Below, in pieces: positions 12,855 to 24,957 of a stretch of DNA of 64,000 nt. The number at the start of each line of letters is the position of its first letter. Within the stretch, counting starts at the first letter, position 1. A program made the translations under genes and the position numbers. The stretch is from NCBI RefSeq assembly GCF_006345805.1, contig NC_043003.1, positions 65,906,001 through 65,970,000 on the forward strand, read 5' to 3'. This stretch comes from Octopus sinensis. Lineage: Eukaryota. Below the pieces are notes generated by a model, which did not search any database, had not been told where the DNA came from, and saw only the letters and a program-made list of their open reading frames with translations.

Positions 12855-13246
12855 AGCGCAGGCGTTGCTATGTGGTGGTAAGATGTTTCCTTCGCAACCA
12901 CATGGTTTCGAGTTCAGTCCCACTGAGTGGCACCTTGGGCAAGTGTCTTCTAGTATAGCCCCAGGCCGACCAAAGCCTTGTGAGTGGATTTGGTAGACGA
13001 AAACTGAAAGACGCCAGTCGTATATATATGTATATATATATATATATATATAATGTGTGTGTTTGTCCCCACCACCATCACTTGAAACTGATAGTGCTTA
13101 CATCCCCGTAACCTAGCGGTTCGGCAAAAGAGAACGATAGAATAAGTACTAGGCCTACAAAGAAGTCATGGGAGCGATTTGATTGACTAAAGACGGTGCT
13201 TCAGTATGACCTCTATCAAATAACTGAAACACGTAAAATAAAAAGC
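12855..13246 (+). mobile_element. SINE family B (tRNA head, CORE-like domain, internal microsatellite, tail ending in (TAAAAGAG)n; resembles described octopus OR-type SINEs)
   Basis: B box ggtttcgagttcagtccc, CORE-like caccttgggcaagtgtcttc and internal (TA)n; more than 8 copies in the window. Confidence 0.85.
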
Positions 13247-13459
13247 GAATAGAGCATGGGTGTGTTTACATTTGAGTATAGGGAATGCGCTCAATCGATC
13301 TGACCTCAACACAAGTTATGCCATCATTGCTGGCATAGCCTCACCGTACATGTGAAACAATAATTTAAGGACCAGGTACATATTATGTCGAGGTTTCTTA
13401 AAACTATCCTTTCTCTGTAGATTTGGAGGAAATATTTCGTAGCGCTGCCATAATATTTT

Positions 13460-13685
13460 TCTTTCTCCGAACAAGCACAAAGCGTGGAAGTTTTGGAGAG
13501 GGATGAGGGTTAGTCGATTACATCGATCCCACTGCTCACATGGTATTTATTTTATGGCCCTGAAAAGGATGAAATGCAGGCAACGCCGATCTCGGCGTAA
13601 TTTGAACTCAGAACGTAAAATCTGGAAGAAATGTAGCTGAGCCTTTTGTACGGCAGGCTGATGATTCACCCACTTTGCCACCTTA
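13460..13685 (-). mobile_element. SINE A monomer, diverged
   Basis: aatttgaactcagaacgta and central domain present. Confidence 0.75.
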
Positions 13686-13754
13686 ACAGCCACCAATACA
13701 TTAATATTAGTTAAGAATGCAGGTTGCCGGAGCTGCCGCAGTACTGGAAGCAAC

Positions 13755-13778
13755 AATAGCAGCAGCAGCAGCGGCGGC

Positions 13779-13816
<38 letters not shown>

Positions 13817-13949
13817 AAATGGCAAAGTCGACTACGGAGGGTTTGGGACATCGAATGTAAATTTAGGGAAGCTTCTTAGATGAAATGATAACAACAAAGC
13901 AGGATAAACGAAGAGGAATATACGATAATAATAATAATATGATGATGAC

Positions 13950-13994
<45 letters not shown>

Positions 13995-14400
13995 AACAAC
14001 AACAATGAGAAGAAGAAGAAGAAGAAGAAGAAGAAGAAGAAGAAGAAGAAGAAACAACAAATGAAGAGAAGAGGAAAAATAAGCAGCGGGAGGTGAATAA
14101 AAGAATGAGGAAGATGAGATGGAGAGAAGATGAAGAGGATAAAGAAAAAATAATGGAAAGCGGATGAGAAAAAGAAAAGAGGATGATGAGAAGAGTGTAA
14201 AAGAAAGAAGAAGAAGAAGGGCAGGGGAGGAGAAGAGGCATGAGGAAGATAAGACGAAGATGAAGTGGAGAGTAAGAAGAAGTAAATGAATAAAAAGAAG
14301 GAAAAAAGAAGAGAGGAATAAAGATATATAAGAAAAGTTAGCTGAGAAAGTAAGCAAGGAAATTAAGATGCGTTCACATATGAGGTAAAAAGAAAGTAAA
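13755..14400. repeat. Compound trinucleotide (CAG/TAG, GAT, AAG) and purine-rich low-complexity tract
   Basis: Direct reading; source of the poly-L/S/H pseudo-ORFs. Confidence 0.95.
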
Positions 14401-14666
14401 TGCGAATATGGCAAAGGTTGAAGAAAAATATAATTGAAAGAAGACTATATGGGATATATGGAATGCTCGCGTGTGTGTATGTGTGTGTGTATTAAGTAAA
14501 GCTAAACATGAAGTATAATAATTCATTCTAGTATTACGTAAAATCTTCTCAGTAATGGAATGTAAAATATATTGAAGTCTGAACCACAAAAATCAGTCTG
14601 AACTCGTCAAAGTGATTAAAACAGTACTCTCTCACTTCATAATATTACATGCGTACCGTTTTTTTA

Positions 14667-14697
<31 letters not shown>

Positions 14698-15257
14698 ATG
14701 TATATACATATATTCTTTTTCATTTTGTGCGGAACCTTATTGAATAGGTACATATTGATTATTGATTCCTGACAGCTTCAAGACGGAATAGACTTTTCTT
14801 TTAGTGTAATATAGTAGATGAAAAATGCTATGGAAGCGGTGCGGAGTTTTCGAAACAATTCAAATATCTGCTGCATATGGAATCTAATCCAACATCGAAG
14901 GTTGCCTATTATTAAAATTTTCTTCTATGCTTTCAATGGTTTTAGGCGCTGTCTTTAAGCTTTTAGTCAATTATATTGACCCTAGTACATCGTCTGCTTC
15001 TCATTTTATTGATTTCTGTATATTGAATATATTGAATGGCTGGTTTTGGCTTGAGTTCTATACGTTTTTTATTTTCTGAAAGTTACCACCATTTAAAGTG
15101 GTAATCCCTTTTAAAGCGTATAACTCATTATATTGATAAAATGAGAACTACACACTGCACTGAGAAAAATATAATATATTTTAAGCGGAAATAATAAAAG
15201 GTAATTAGAAGAAATTGCACCGAAATTTATCGATATATATATATATATATATATATA

Positions 15258-15988
<731 letters not shown>

Positions 15989-15990
<2 letters not shown>

Positions 15991-16197
15991 AATTAAGGAC
16001 TGAACACGAAAAGTAGACAGTCAACATGCTAGATATAGACGTCAAATCGCCATTCACCACAAAAGATTATGTTCTCTGATCAAACTCAAACTTGTGTTGA
16101 GTTTGATCAGAGAACATAATATTTTGTGGTGAATGGCGATTTGACGTCTATATCTAGCATGTTGACTGTCCACTTTTCGTGTTCAGTCCTTAATTGG
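15989..16197. repeat. Near-perfect fold-back palindrome, 101-bp arms, 7-nt loop, TA-flanked
   Basis: 15989-16089 is the reverse complement of 16097-16197 with 2 mismatches; loop ACTTGTG. Confidence 0.95.
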
Positions 16198-16294
16198 TAT
16201 ATATAAATATTTTAATCTTCGGATTCTTTTTTAATATGCTAGACCACTGGTCTTATTGATAAATATCAATTTCTACCCTTAATTAATATTATAT

Positions 16295-16359
<65 letters not shown>

Positions 16360-16360
16360 A

Positions 16361-16619
16361 TAGTGGTACAACAATGCATCAATATTTACTGGAAATAGCA
16401 GTCGATAATATATGGCGCTATAGTAAAGCTTCACTCTGTATATACTGGCAAAGATGCTTGTGGGCGGCGAACATAAAAAAGATAATCTTACTTGCAAGAA
16501 GAACATTAGATAAATGTACAACTCAGATGTTGATAATCTAGGACCTAGGATTTGAAATCTCCCAAATACGTTTGCTAACGTAAATTTCCAGTAAATATTA
16601 GTGCTTTGTTGTACCACTA
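16361..16619. mobile_element. MITE-like or fold-back element with 36-bp terminal inverted repeats, TA-flanked
   Basis: tagtggtacaacaatgcatcaatatttactggaaat (16361-16396) versus the reverse complement of 16584-16619: 33/36 identical. Confidence 0.75.
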
Positions 16620-16708
16620 TTATATATTTATACTTTACCTTTATGGTGCTTTGATTTACTGGATAGCAATATTTTTGTATTGCACTATTTATCAATTTTT
16701 TCTTTGAG

Positions 16709-16742
<34 letters not shown>

Positions 16743-17000
16743 GAAATTGAGTTATTCAAATCTTTATACTTCCAAAGTTATTCAAATCTTTATACTTCCA
16801 ATTTATCTATGTGAACAAAAACATTTCGCTAAACCCTGTAAGTTCTCAATTTATAAGTAGGCTGTTACATCCTTGGCACTTATGTGAATTTTTGCTGCCC
16901 TGGTAACTATTTATTAATTTTTTCCGTGTAATTTGTACACATTGAAAAATACATATACATTTAAATATACATATACATATATATATATATATGTATATAT

Positions 17001-17411
17001 AATGATAAATATCAGAGTGAGTTATCAACAGTAGCAGAAACACATCGTGATGTAAATATGCCATTTGAATATGACTAACCCCTAAGGGTGGATGCTACTG
17101 TAGTTTTTAGCCCCAGGAAGACATCTCCTCCAGCTGGCTATAGACACACTTTCTGTGCCCTATTAGTATTTGCAAAGGGAAGCCATCCTTCCCGTCTTCA
17201 ACTTATGATACACACGGACCCGAGTTTCAAGGTATTGACCTATCATCAGCGTGTGACAATCACAGTTGTCGATAGGAAGGAGGTTCTCTTTACAAATACA
17301 TATACTTTTTCCAGTGTTCAGTGACACTGATATTGAAAAAGTGAAATCAAACAATGAAAAATATCAGAGTGAGTTATCAACAGTAGCAGAAACACATCGT
17401 GATGTAAATAT
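17001..17411 (-). mobile_element. 352-bp hammerhead-containing unit with a 59-bp terminal direct repeat (retrozyme-like or Penelope-like pseudo-LTR)
   Basis: 17001-17059 and 17353-17411 match at 58/59 bases. The hammerhead lies at 17211-17255, no ORF with a recognisable product is present, and TA tracts flank both sides. Confidence 0.65.
17211..17255 (-). ncRNA. Type I hammerhead ribozyme (minimal, short stem III)
   Basis: Minus strand CACACG CUGAUGA U-AGGU-CAAU-ACCU-U GAAA C-UCGG-G UC CGUGUG: 6-bp stem I, intact core, 4-bp stem II (U.U at 10.1/11.1), GUC triplet. Predicted cleavage between 17217 and 17216. Confidence 0.85.
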
Positions 17412-17788
17412 ATATATATAAATTTATGTGTATTTTTTCAATGTGTACAAATTACACGGAAAAAGTAACTAAATAGTTACTAGGGCAGCAAAAATCATAT
17501 ATATATATATATATATATAACCAGCATTACCACCATCACACTTGCTTCTATCCAGTGGCAAACAGGATAGAGGCAATGGAGAGTGGTAGAGGGTGCTGTT
17601 CAAAGTCTTCAGTTTTGAACCTAGACTCAACTGGAGATAGTGTAATGGTCATTTTAACGGTATCTCACTAATCTTTCATTAATCGAAGTGACGAGAATCA
17701 ACACTATGCATACATACACAAATACACATACATACATACACTTACACACACATATATATTAATATGCATACATACATACATACATACA

Positions 17789-17822
<34 letters not shown>

Positions 17823-18245
17823 CATACATACATACATGCATGCAAGCATACATCGAAGAGGCCTGGCGGAATTTCTCTCTGAAAATTTCAATAAAATGCA
17901 AAAATAATAGATGAGACTTAGTGAATTGGGGCGGAGATTAGAAACTATGCCCTGTGGTGGAAATCAGCTGCGCAACGGATGTCAGCATAACGCTGAAGAT
18001 CAATGATGAGGGGAAAAAACACATAAGCTGAACTATTGAAAAAACTTTCAGCTACTCTACTCGCATTACACTTTCAGATTTATACCCCTAATTATGATAA
18101 GTAGCAAACTGTCTGAGTACCAATACTGAGAAATAAGAATTCTCAAAACCAGAGGAGAGAAAACGCATAAGGTAATTTTAGAAACGAAACATCAATAGAA
18201 CAATCAAAATATGTAAACTTTTAGCATTTCTAGCCATGCAACTAT

Positions 18246-18624
18246 AAGAATACCAATCAGAGAACGTAAACTTCCGCAAAAGCAACACCAACGTCCTCTC
18301 AATAACTAAGCGGGGATGATTTATAAGATGAGAATATCTGAAATAAACTCGATTGCTCTCACAAACAAAAATACTAAAATTAAACACGACAGTTCTCAAA
18401 AATTAAGTAAATAAAAAAAACAAAAGGAAAGCATCCAAAATCCTTGTCCGGTACCGGATCGATCCTAAAATCTAATAAGTTTGTGCCAGTCATGCGTCCA
18501 AACATCCACGAAAGTTTCATTTGAATCCATCCAGCGGTTCTTCAGATATCTTGTCCACGGACAAACAATCAAAGAAACAGGACTGAAAACTATACCTTCG
18601 CCTTCGATAAGGCGGAGGTAATAA
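18246..18624 (-). mobile_element. Second, older copy of the same HINE-like element
   Basis: Colinear with 40497-40862 along its length, with the same ggcggaggtaataa end. Confidence 0.7.
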
Positions 18625-18658
18625 AAAAGACAGATCTACACATGCACTGAATCATTCA

Positions 18659-19070
18659 TACTCTTTTACTCTTTTACATGTTTCAGTCATTTCACTGCAG
18701 CCATGCTGGAGCACCGCCTTTAGTCGAGCAAATCGACCCCAGGACTTATTCTTTGGAAGCCTAGTACTTATTCTATCCGTCTCTTTGGCCGAACCGCTAA
18801 ATTTACGGGGTCGTAAACACACCAGCATCGGTTGTCAAGCGATGTTGAGGCGACAAACACAGAAACACAAACATATACACACGCATATATACATATATAC
18901 ATATATACAACGGGCTTCTTTTAATTTCTGCCCGCCAAATTCACTCACAAGGCTTTGATCGGCCCGAGGCTATAGTAGAAGACTCTTGACCAAGGTGTCA
19001 CGCAGTGGGAATGAACCCGAAAGCATGTGGTTAGTAAACAAGCGACTTACCACACAGCCTCTCCTGCGCC
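18659..19070 (-). mobile_element. SINE B full copy
   Basis: Reverse complement of family B with the actctttt tail. Confidence 0.9.
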
Positions 19071-19734
19071 CACACAACTAACATTTAGATAATAAGGGTA
19101 AAAAGTTAAATATTAATTTGATTAATATCAATATAAAGCAGTGGCCTAGCATATTGAAAAAATCTGAAGATTCAGAAAAAATACATTACATACATATAAG
19201 CAAACACCAGAAACGCCAGAAACGCTTTTGCTGAATCTTCTTGAGAACAATGTTTTCTTAGTGGTCAGACCATATGGGGTTTACATCTAGCATGTTGGAT
19301 GTCCACTTAGTGGTCACCCCTCGTATATGTACACAATTAACATGTAGAAGTTTTTCAAAATTCTCATGAAGGAGCCTTTGATCTAGGTTAGAAACCGGCT
19401 CTTTCTTTGTTAGCCAAATAATAACATACACAGTTTCTGAACACAAAGTGGTTGCAAAGCAAAACTCTTAATCAAATGGACACTACCTGCATTTATATTG
19501 TCCACTATATCTGTATTATCATTACATTTCTGCTGGCTTATATTGTTTCACCGCTAGAAAGCTGTAATCATTTATTTTTATCCTGTAAAATCTACCATTT
19601 AGTTCCTCCTTAAGGTACCATTTTTATCCTTCGTGAGCCCTTGGAGTCATTGTACTGGTTATTCCATAACATATAAATAGCCGCGTTAATAGCATTCTTT
19701 TAAATTGGACATCGGTCTGTTTCGTTGTTCAAAG

Positions 19735-19930
19735 TTATAATCTTGAGGAGAGGGGACAAGGTAGTTACATCGACTGCAGGACTTGATTGGTGTTTTATCA
19801 ACGTCCACGGGACAAAAGGCAACATTGGCTCTGGTTGTATTTCAAATACAAATCAGAATGAAAACAACACTAAGTAATGCTGTTAGATATTTTGCCTAGC
19901 GTGCTAACAATTCTACCACCTCACCGCCTT
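19735..19930 (-). mobile_element. SINE A, old copy
   Basis: Head gctaacaattctaccacctcaccgcctt and partial central domain. Confidence 0.6.
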
Positions 19931-22496
19931 TCTCTAAGGTACCCACGAATATATTCCATCTACATTGCATATCATTCTGTTAGCTTTAACCTGACGGCTG
20001 AGATTTGAGGCGTCTCAACCGCTATTTTCAGCGCTTCTTATTGCTTGCTTCAACATTTGTGTTGTAAACATTCTAGATGTATTTCCGTGGTATGAGATTT
20101 TCATACTCAGGAAAGATACTTGAGTGATTCATATGGTCTTCGTGTATCATACTTAAACTTACAGCATATGAAACCTATGCAATATAACCCTTAAATATTC
20201 AATCTTAAATGTGCGCACAACCGACACAAGGATAGATACAAAGCTACAGGCTATTCGTTTCCTTTCACTACATAGTCTTGTATCATAGGCCGATCTATTG
20301 CTGAAAAAGAACAAATATTTTTAACAAAGCAACAACTATTGGCCAGCCAGGACGAATCCAAAAGATCGATTTGAACATAACAAATAGATATCAAGCAAAA
20401 CAATATGATTATAATAAAAAAGGGAATTTTATTTCATTAAATATTTGAATAAATGCCAGCTTCTCCAAACCAGCGCCAAATTACAGTCACTGAAATCTTC
20501 GAATTTTAGTTTGTACTCAAAAATATCTAAAAATAAATAAATAAATAGAATAGAATAACTATATAGCGAAACAATAAAATGCCACGTAATCTCGATGTTT
20601 GTATGTCTGCATAGAAAGGTTATTGCAGGTTTGGGTTATATAAACATGGAAAAATATTTCTGCAGTTATCGATTTAAAAAAAAAACAAAACAGAATGCGT
20701 CTTGGTTGTTTAAAGGCTTTAGATATTAAACACTGACGTTGTGAGTACATAGGATGAGAAATGTGCTCATATAAATGCCGAACATTTGAAATGAAAATCA
20801 GTGTTTGTGAATTCCGGTTAACAGTTTTATTACGAGCATTTATGTGCGTTTCCATATGCATACCTATACAAATATATGCATAAATAGACTGAACCATACG
20901 ACTAACAGTATTCTGAATCGTGAGTGCTGTTATAATGGTTAACATTTTCAAGATGATCGGCGTCACTATCTATGCCTTTGTGAACACAGCCTACTATTTT
21001 TTGTCATAAAAACCGGTAATCTAAGATTCTTTAGATCTTTCTGGTATCGCCAGGACAAGCTACGGGTGTATCATAATAGTCTGCTTTCCGAGAAAATAAC
21101 TCTTAATTAGCTAACACCATGAAAATTCTAGATATAATATTCCTAATGATGGACCTAATCCCTACTCTAAGTTGACTGGAATATCTTAGCATATTGCAGG
21201 TTCTTCTTCGATTTATGATACGGACGATAAATTTTGTGTTTTGTTCTTATGTTACATTTGAAAGTTACTAGCATAACAGATAGCTCTAGATTTATGAAAA
21301 TCTAGGACTATCTATTTTGTCTAGGACTATCTATTATAGCCTCATCCCTATATAGACTGCAGTTCATTTGAGAGAACTACCTACTAATGCAATATAAGAT
21401 TTAAATAACTACGTGATCTGAAACTTACAATGAGTAAATGCATCCCATGGTTATATTAAAGTGATAAGTCTGTTATTTCTCGTCCTTTGAATTCAATAAT
21501 TGTCCGTTAATAGTCGTTAATAGAGTAACTACACACTGCTTTGATAACTGAGGGTGCTTCATAGCGTAAATAAAACTTTTGTTGATGGGAATACAGGAAA
21601 TAAATGCGGATAAAATTGTTAATAGGTATAATTTTAAATCTAATTTAAAAGGAACATCCCAGAGATAATAAACTAACTTTTAAGTGAAACGTTCATAATT
21701 TTGATTTTTTGGGGACGTACGGTAATTATTCACCTTAACTTCAAAAAACGAACTGAGCCTTAATCGTCTAAGATGACCCCGAACACACTTGGTTCTATGA
21801 GTAATCTTTCGGCTTCAAAATCAGATGCAGGAAACAAAAGTAAAAAATAATTCAAAGAGTCACACCTGTATTGTAAAGGTGTTTTGAACTTGTAATCGAA
21901 CACTTTATAAGTAAACATTCATTTTAAAGGATTAAATAATAGAAAGGAAATTATATTTATGACAATAGAGTTTTTCTAGTTATTACTCATCTGGTATTGA
22001 ATTTGAAGTTAAATATTGGGCGAGGAAGAACTGACCTAACAACTTTGCTATAATCATATGATGCAGTGACTCAGAGCAGGTTACAGATTTTGTGAATATT
22101 TACATTTTACATTGCATTAAAAGTTTCCTGAAATGGGGGTGGATCTCGCTCTATACAGGGGTGATACTCTTTTTGCATTCTGTAAATATAATAGAAACTA
22201 TTGAGGAATAAATAAAAGACCAAACTAAAACAATTTTTTTTAAACATTAGGACTATTAGGGTGGGAAATATATGTATATATAAGTTAACTAAATTTCTTG
22301 GTGTAGCGTGAGGACTCACCCTAGGCCTTTATCGTCCAGCACACGAAGAGCAGATCTTATAGATTCTTGAGAAGATATTCTGGTGCTTCTAATGTATCCT
22401 CTGTTTTACAGCATTTTAAAAATATCTCTGACATTCTCACTAATTCATATGTCGTTAACCGTGTTGCATTTCCAAGCCAGACAACATCGTAATTAG

Positions 22497-22862
22497 TACT
22501 CTTTACTCTTTTACTCTTTTACTTGTTTCAGTCATTTGACTGCGGCCATGTTGAAGCACCGCCTTTAGTCGAGCAAATCGACCCCAAGACTTATTCTTTG
22601 GAAGCCTAGTACTTATTCTATCGGTCTCTTTTGCTGAACCACTAGGTTACACACACCAGCATCGGCTGTCAAGCGATGTTGGGGGGACAAACAGACACAC
22701 ATATATACGATGGGCTTCTTTCAGTTTCCGCCTACCAAATCCACTCACAAGTCTTTGGTTTGCCCAAGGCTATAGTATATGACACTTGCTCAACGTGCCA
22801 CACTGTGGGACTGAACCCGGAACCATGTGATTGGTAAGCAAGCTACTTACCACACAGCCACA
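22497..22862 (-). mobile_element. SINE B full copy
   Basis: As above. Confidence 0.9.
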
Positions 22863-23254
22863 GTACATGCAAGTTTTCTACTTTACAATACTTGCCAACT
22901 GGAATTCCACCAGTTTTTCATGTAGAGCTGGATTATTAAATATTCAGTATGAATGATAACTGATTTTCATTTCTCGAGTCTCGAAGTGCTGCAAAACTAT
23001 AGGAACTTCTTCAGACCTACCCGGAAGAAAAGGGAGTCATCTGTTCTTGCTTTATATGCATCACATTGAGTATATTGACTACAATAAATACTTCGGAAGG
23101 AGAATACAAGCAAATAGAGATCATTTGATTCATGATATGAGTCATCCAAATTGTTCAGTGATAATATATTTTTATGAACAAATTTATAAAGAAAATTTCA
23201 ACAGGCAAATAAATCAAAACAATTACCATTACTCATGCAATATTCCTTTTCAAA

Positions 23255-23830
23255 GACGGTGAGCTGGCAGAAACGTTAGCACGCCGGGTGAAATGTATAG
23301 CCGTATTTCGTCTGCCGTTACGTTCTGAGTTCAAATTCCGCCGAAGTCGACTTTGCCTTTCATCCTTTCAGGGTCGATAAATTAAGTAACCAGTTACGCA
23401 CTGCTTTCGATGTAATCGACTTTGTCTGTCCTTGTTTGTCCTCTCTGTGTTTAGCCTCTTGTTGGTTGTAAATAATAGGTATTTCGTCTGCCGTTATGTT
23501 TAGAGTTCAAATTCCGCCGACGTCGATTTTGCATTTCAGCCTTTCGGGGTCGATTAAATAAGTACCAGTTACGTACTGGGGTCGATACAATCGACTTAAT
23601 CCGTCTGTCTGTCCTTGTTTGTCTCCTGTGTTTAGCCCCTTGTGGGTAGTAAAGAAATAGGTATTTCGTCTGCCGCTATGTTCTGAGTTCAAATTCCGCC
23701 GAGGTCAACTTTGCCTTTCATCCTTTCGGGGTCGATAAATTAAGTACCAGTTGCGTATTGTGGTCGAATTTATCAGCTGGCCTCCTCCTGCCAAAATTTC
23801 GGGCCTTGTGCCTAGAGTAGAAAAAAATAT
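23255..23830 (+). mobile_element. SINE A trimeric form
   Basis: One head, three B-box/central units with a period of about 180 bp, one tail. Confidence 0.9.
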
Positions 23831-24202
23831 TCCTTTTCCTTATTACGACTGTGAATAAAGAAAGCTAAATCTCAGTTTTATAATTGTTTAGTCAAATATA
23901 AGGAGTATAATTCACGACTGTTGAACAACAGAATTTTCGATGACAAACATAGACATTGTTTACAATTTAAATGCATGTTCCCAAAAAGTTAAAGCATTTT
24001 GACATAGTCGGAATTTAGCCTAAGTATAAACAATCAGCATAAAATAGTAAAAAGCTTCCTAAAAATCATCTAGTTATAGTAAAGTAAGTCTACATTGTTT
24101 ATGTTACAATTACTACGATGCGTCTCCGTTCACCCATCTGCAGTTATTTGCAGTTGGCGTAAGTGATCTATATTTCGAGTGAGAGTAATGGTACATAAAA
24201 AT

Positions 24203-24598
24203 ACTTTCAACTATAGGCACAAGACCTGATATTTGGGGACGGGGAACAGTTGATTACATCGAATCCTGTAGTCAGCTGGTACTTATTTTATCGACTCCGA
24301 AATGATGAAAGGCAAAGTCGACTTTGAAGGAATTTGAACGCTAAGCATTTCGCCTGGTTTGCTAACGATTCTGCCAGCTCACGCCTTCCTTTCAGATATA
24401 TTTATAATCCTTTCTACTATAGGCACAAAGTTTGGATATTGTGGGGAGGGGGGACAGTCGATCAAATCGATCCGAGTACTCAACTGGTAGTTGATTTATC
24501 GACCACTTGAAGATGAAAGGCAAAATCGATTTCAGCGGAATTTGAACGCTAAACATTTCGCCCTGTGTGCTAACGATTCTGTCAGCTCATCGCCTTCA
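24203..24598 (-). mobile_element. Tandem pair of SINE A copies sharing the same internal deletion
   Basis: Both read gaatttgaac|gcta(a)(g/a)catt, lacking about 27 nt present in other copies; the spacer atatatttataat is also duplicated. Confidence 0.85.
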
Positions 24599-24636
24599 TT
24601 TTATATATATTTATAATGATTTATCTTTATACGAGT

Positions 24637-24957
24637 GAGGGCGCGTGGCTTAGTGGTTAGGGCATTCGGCTCATGATCGTAAGGTTGTGAGTTCGATTCC
24701 CGGCGACGCGTTGTGTCCTTGAGCAAGACACTTTATTTCACGTTGCTCCAGTCCACTCAGCTGGCAAAAATGAGTTGTACTTGTATTTCAAAGGGTCAGC
24801 CTTGTCACTCTCTGTGTCACGCTGATTATCCCCGAGAACTACGTTAAGGGTACACGTGTCTGTGGAATGCTCAGCCATTTGCACGTTAATTTCACGAGCA
24901 AGCTGTTCCGTTGATCGTATCAGCTGGGACCCTCGTCGTCGTAACCGGCGGAGTCTT
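24637..24957 (+). mobile_element. SINE family C (tRNA head, CORE-like domain), young full-length copy
   Basis: A box TGGCTTAGTGG, B box GAGTTCGATTCCC, CORE-like tgtgtccttgagcaagacactttatttcac. Confidence 0.85.

Larger units (their letters stand above)
16888..17495. repeat. About 68-bp inverted repeat arms (16888-16955 / 17427-17495) bracketing the hammerhead unit
   Basis: atttttgctgccctggtaactatt...ccgtgtaatttgtacacattgaaaaatac matches the reverse complement of 17427-17495 at roughly 90%. Confidence 0.85.

Noticed and set aside
23255-23830. Regularly spaced repeats suggesting a CRISPR-like array
   Set aside because: Units are about 180-bp SINE modules with Pol III boxes and no unique spacers; eukaryotic context with no cas genes.
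24637-24710. tRNA-like sequence with a CAT loop
   Set aside because: No proper acceptor stem, and it runs into a CORE-like SINE body; it is a SINE head, not a tRNA gene.
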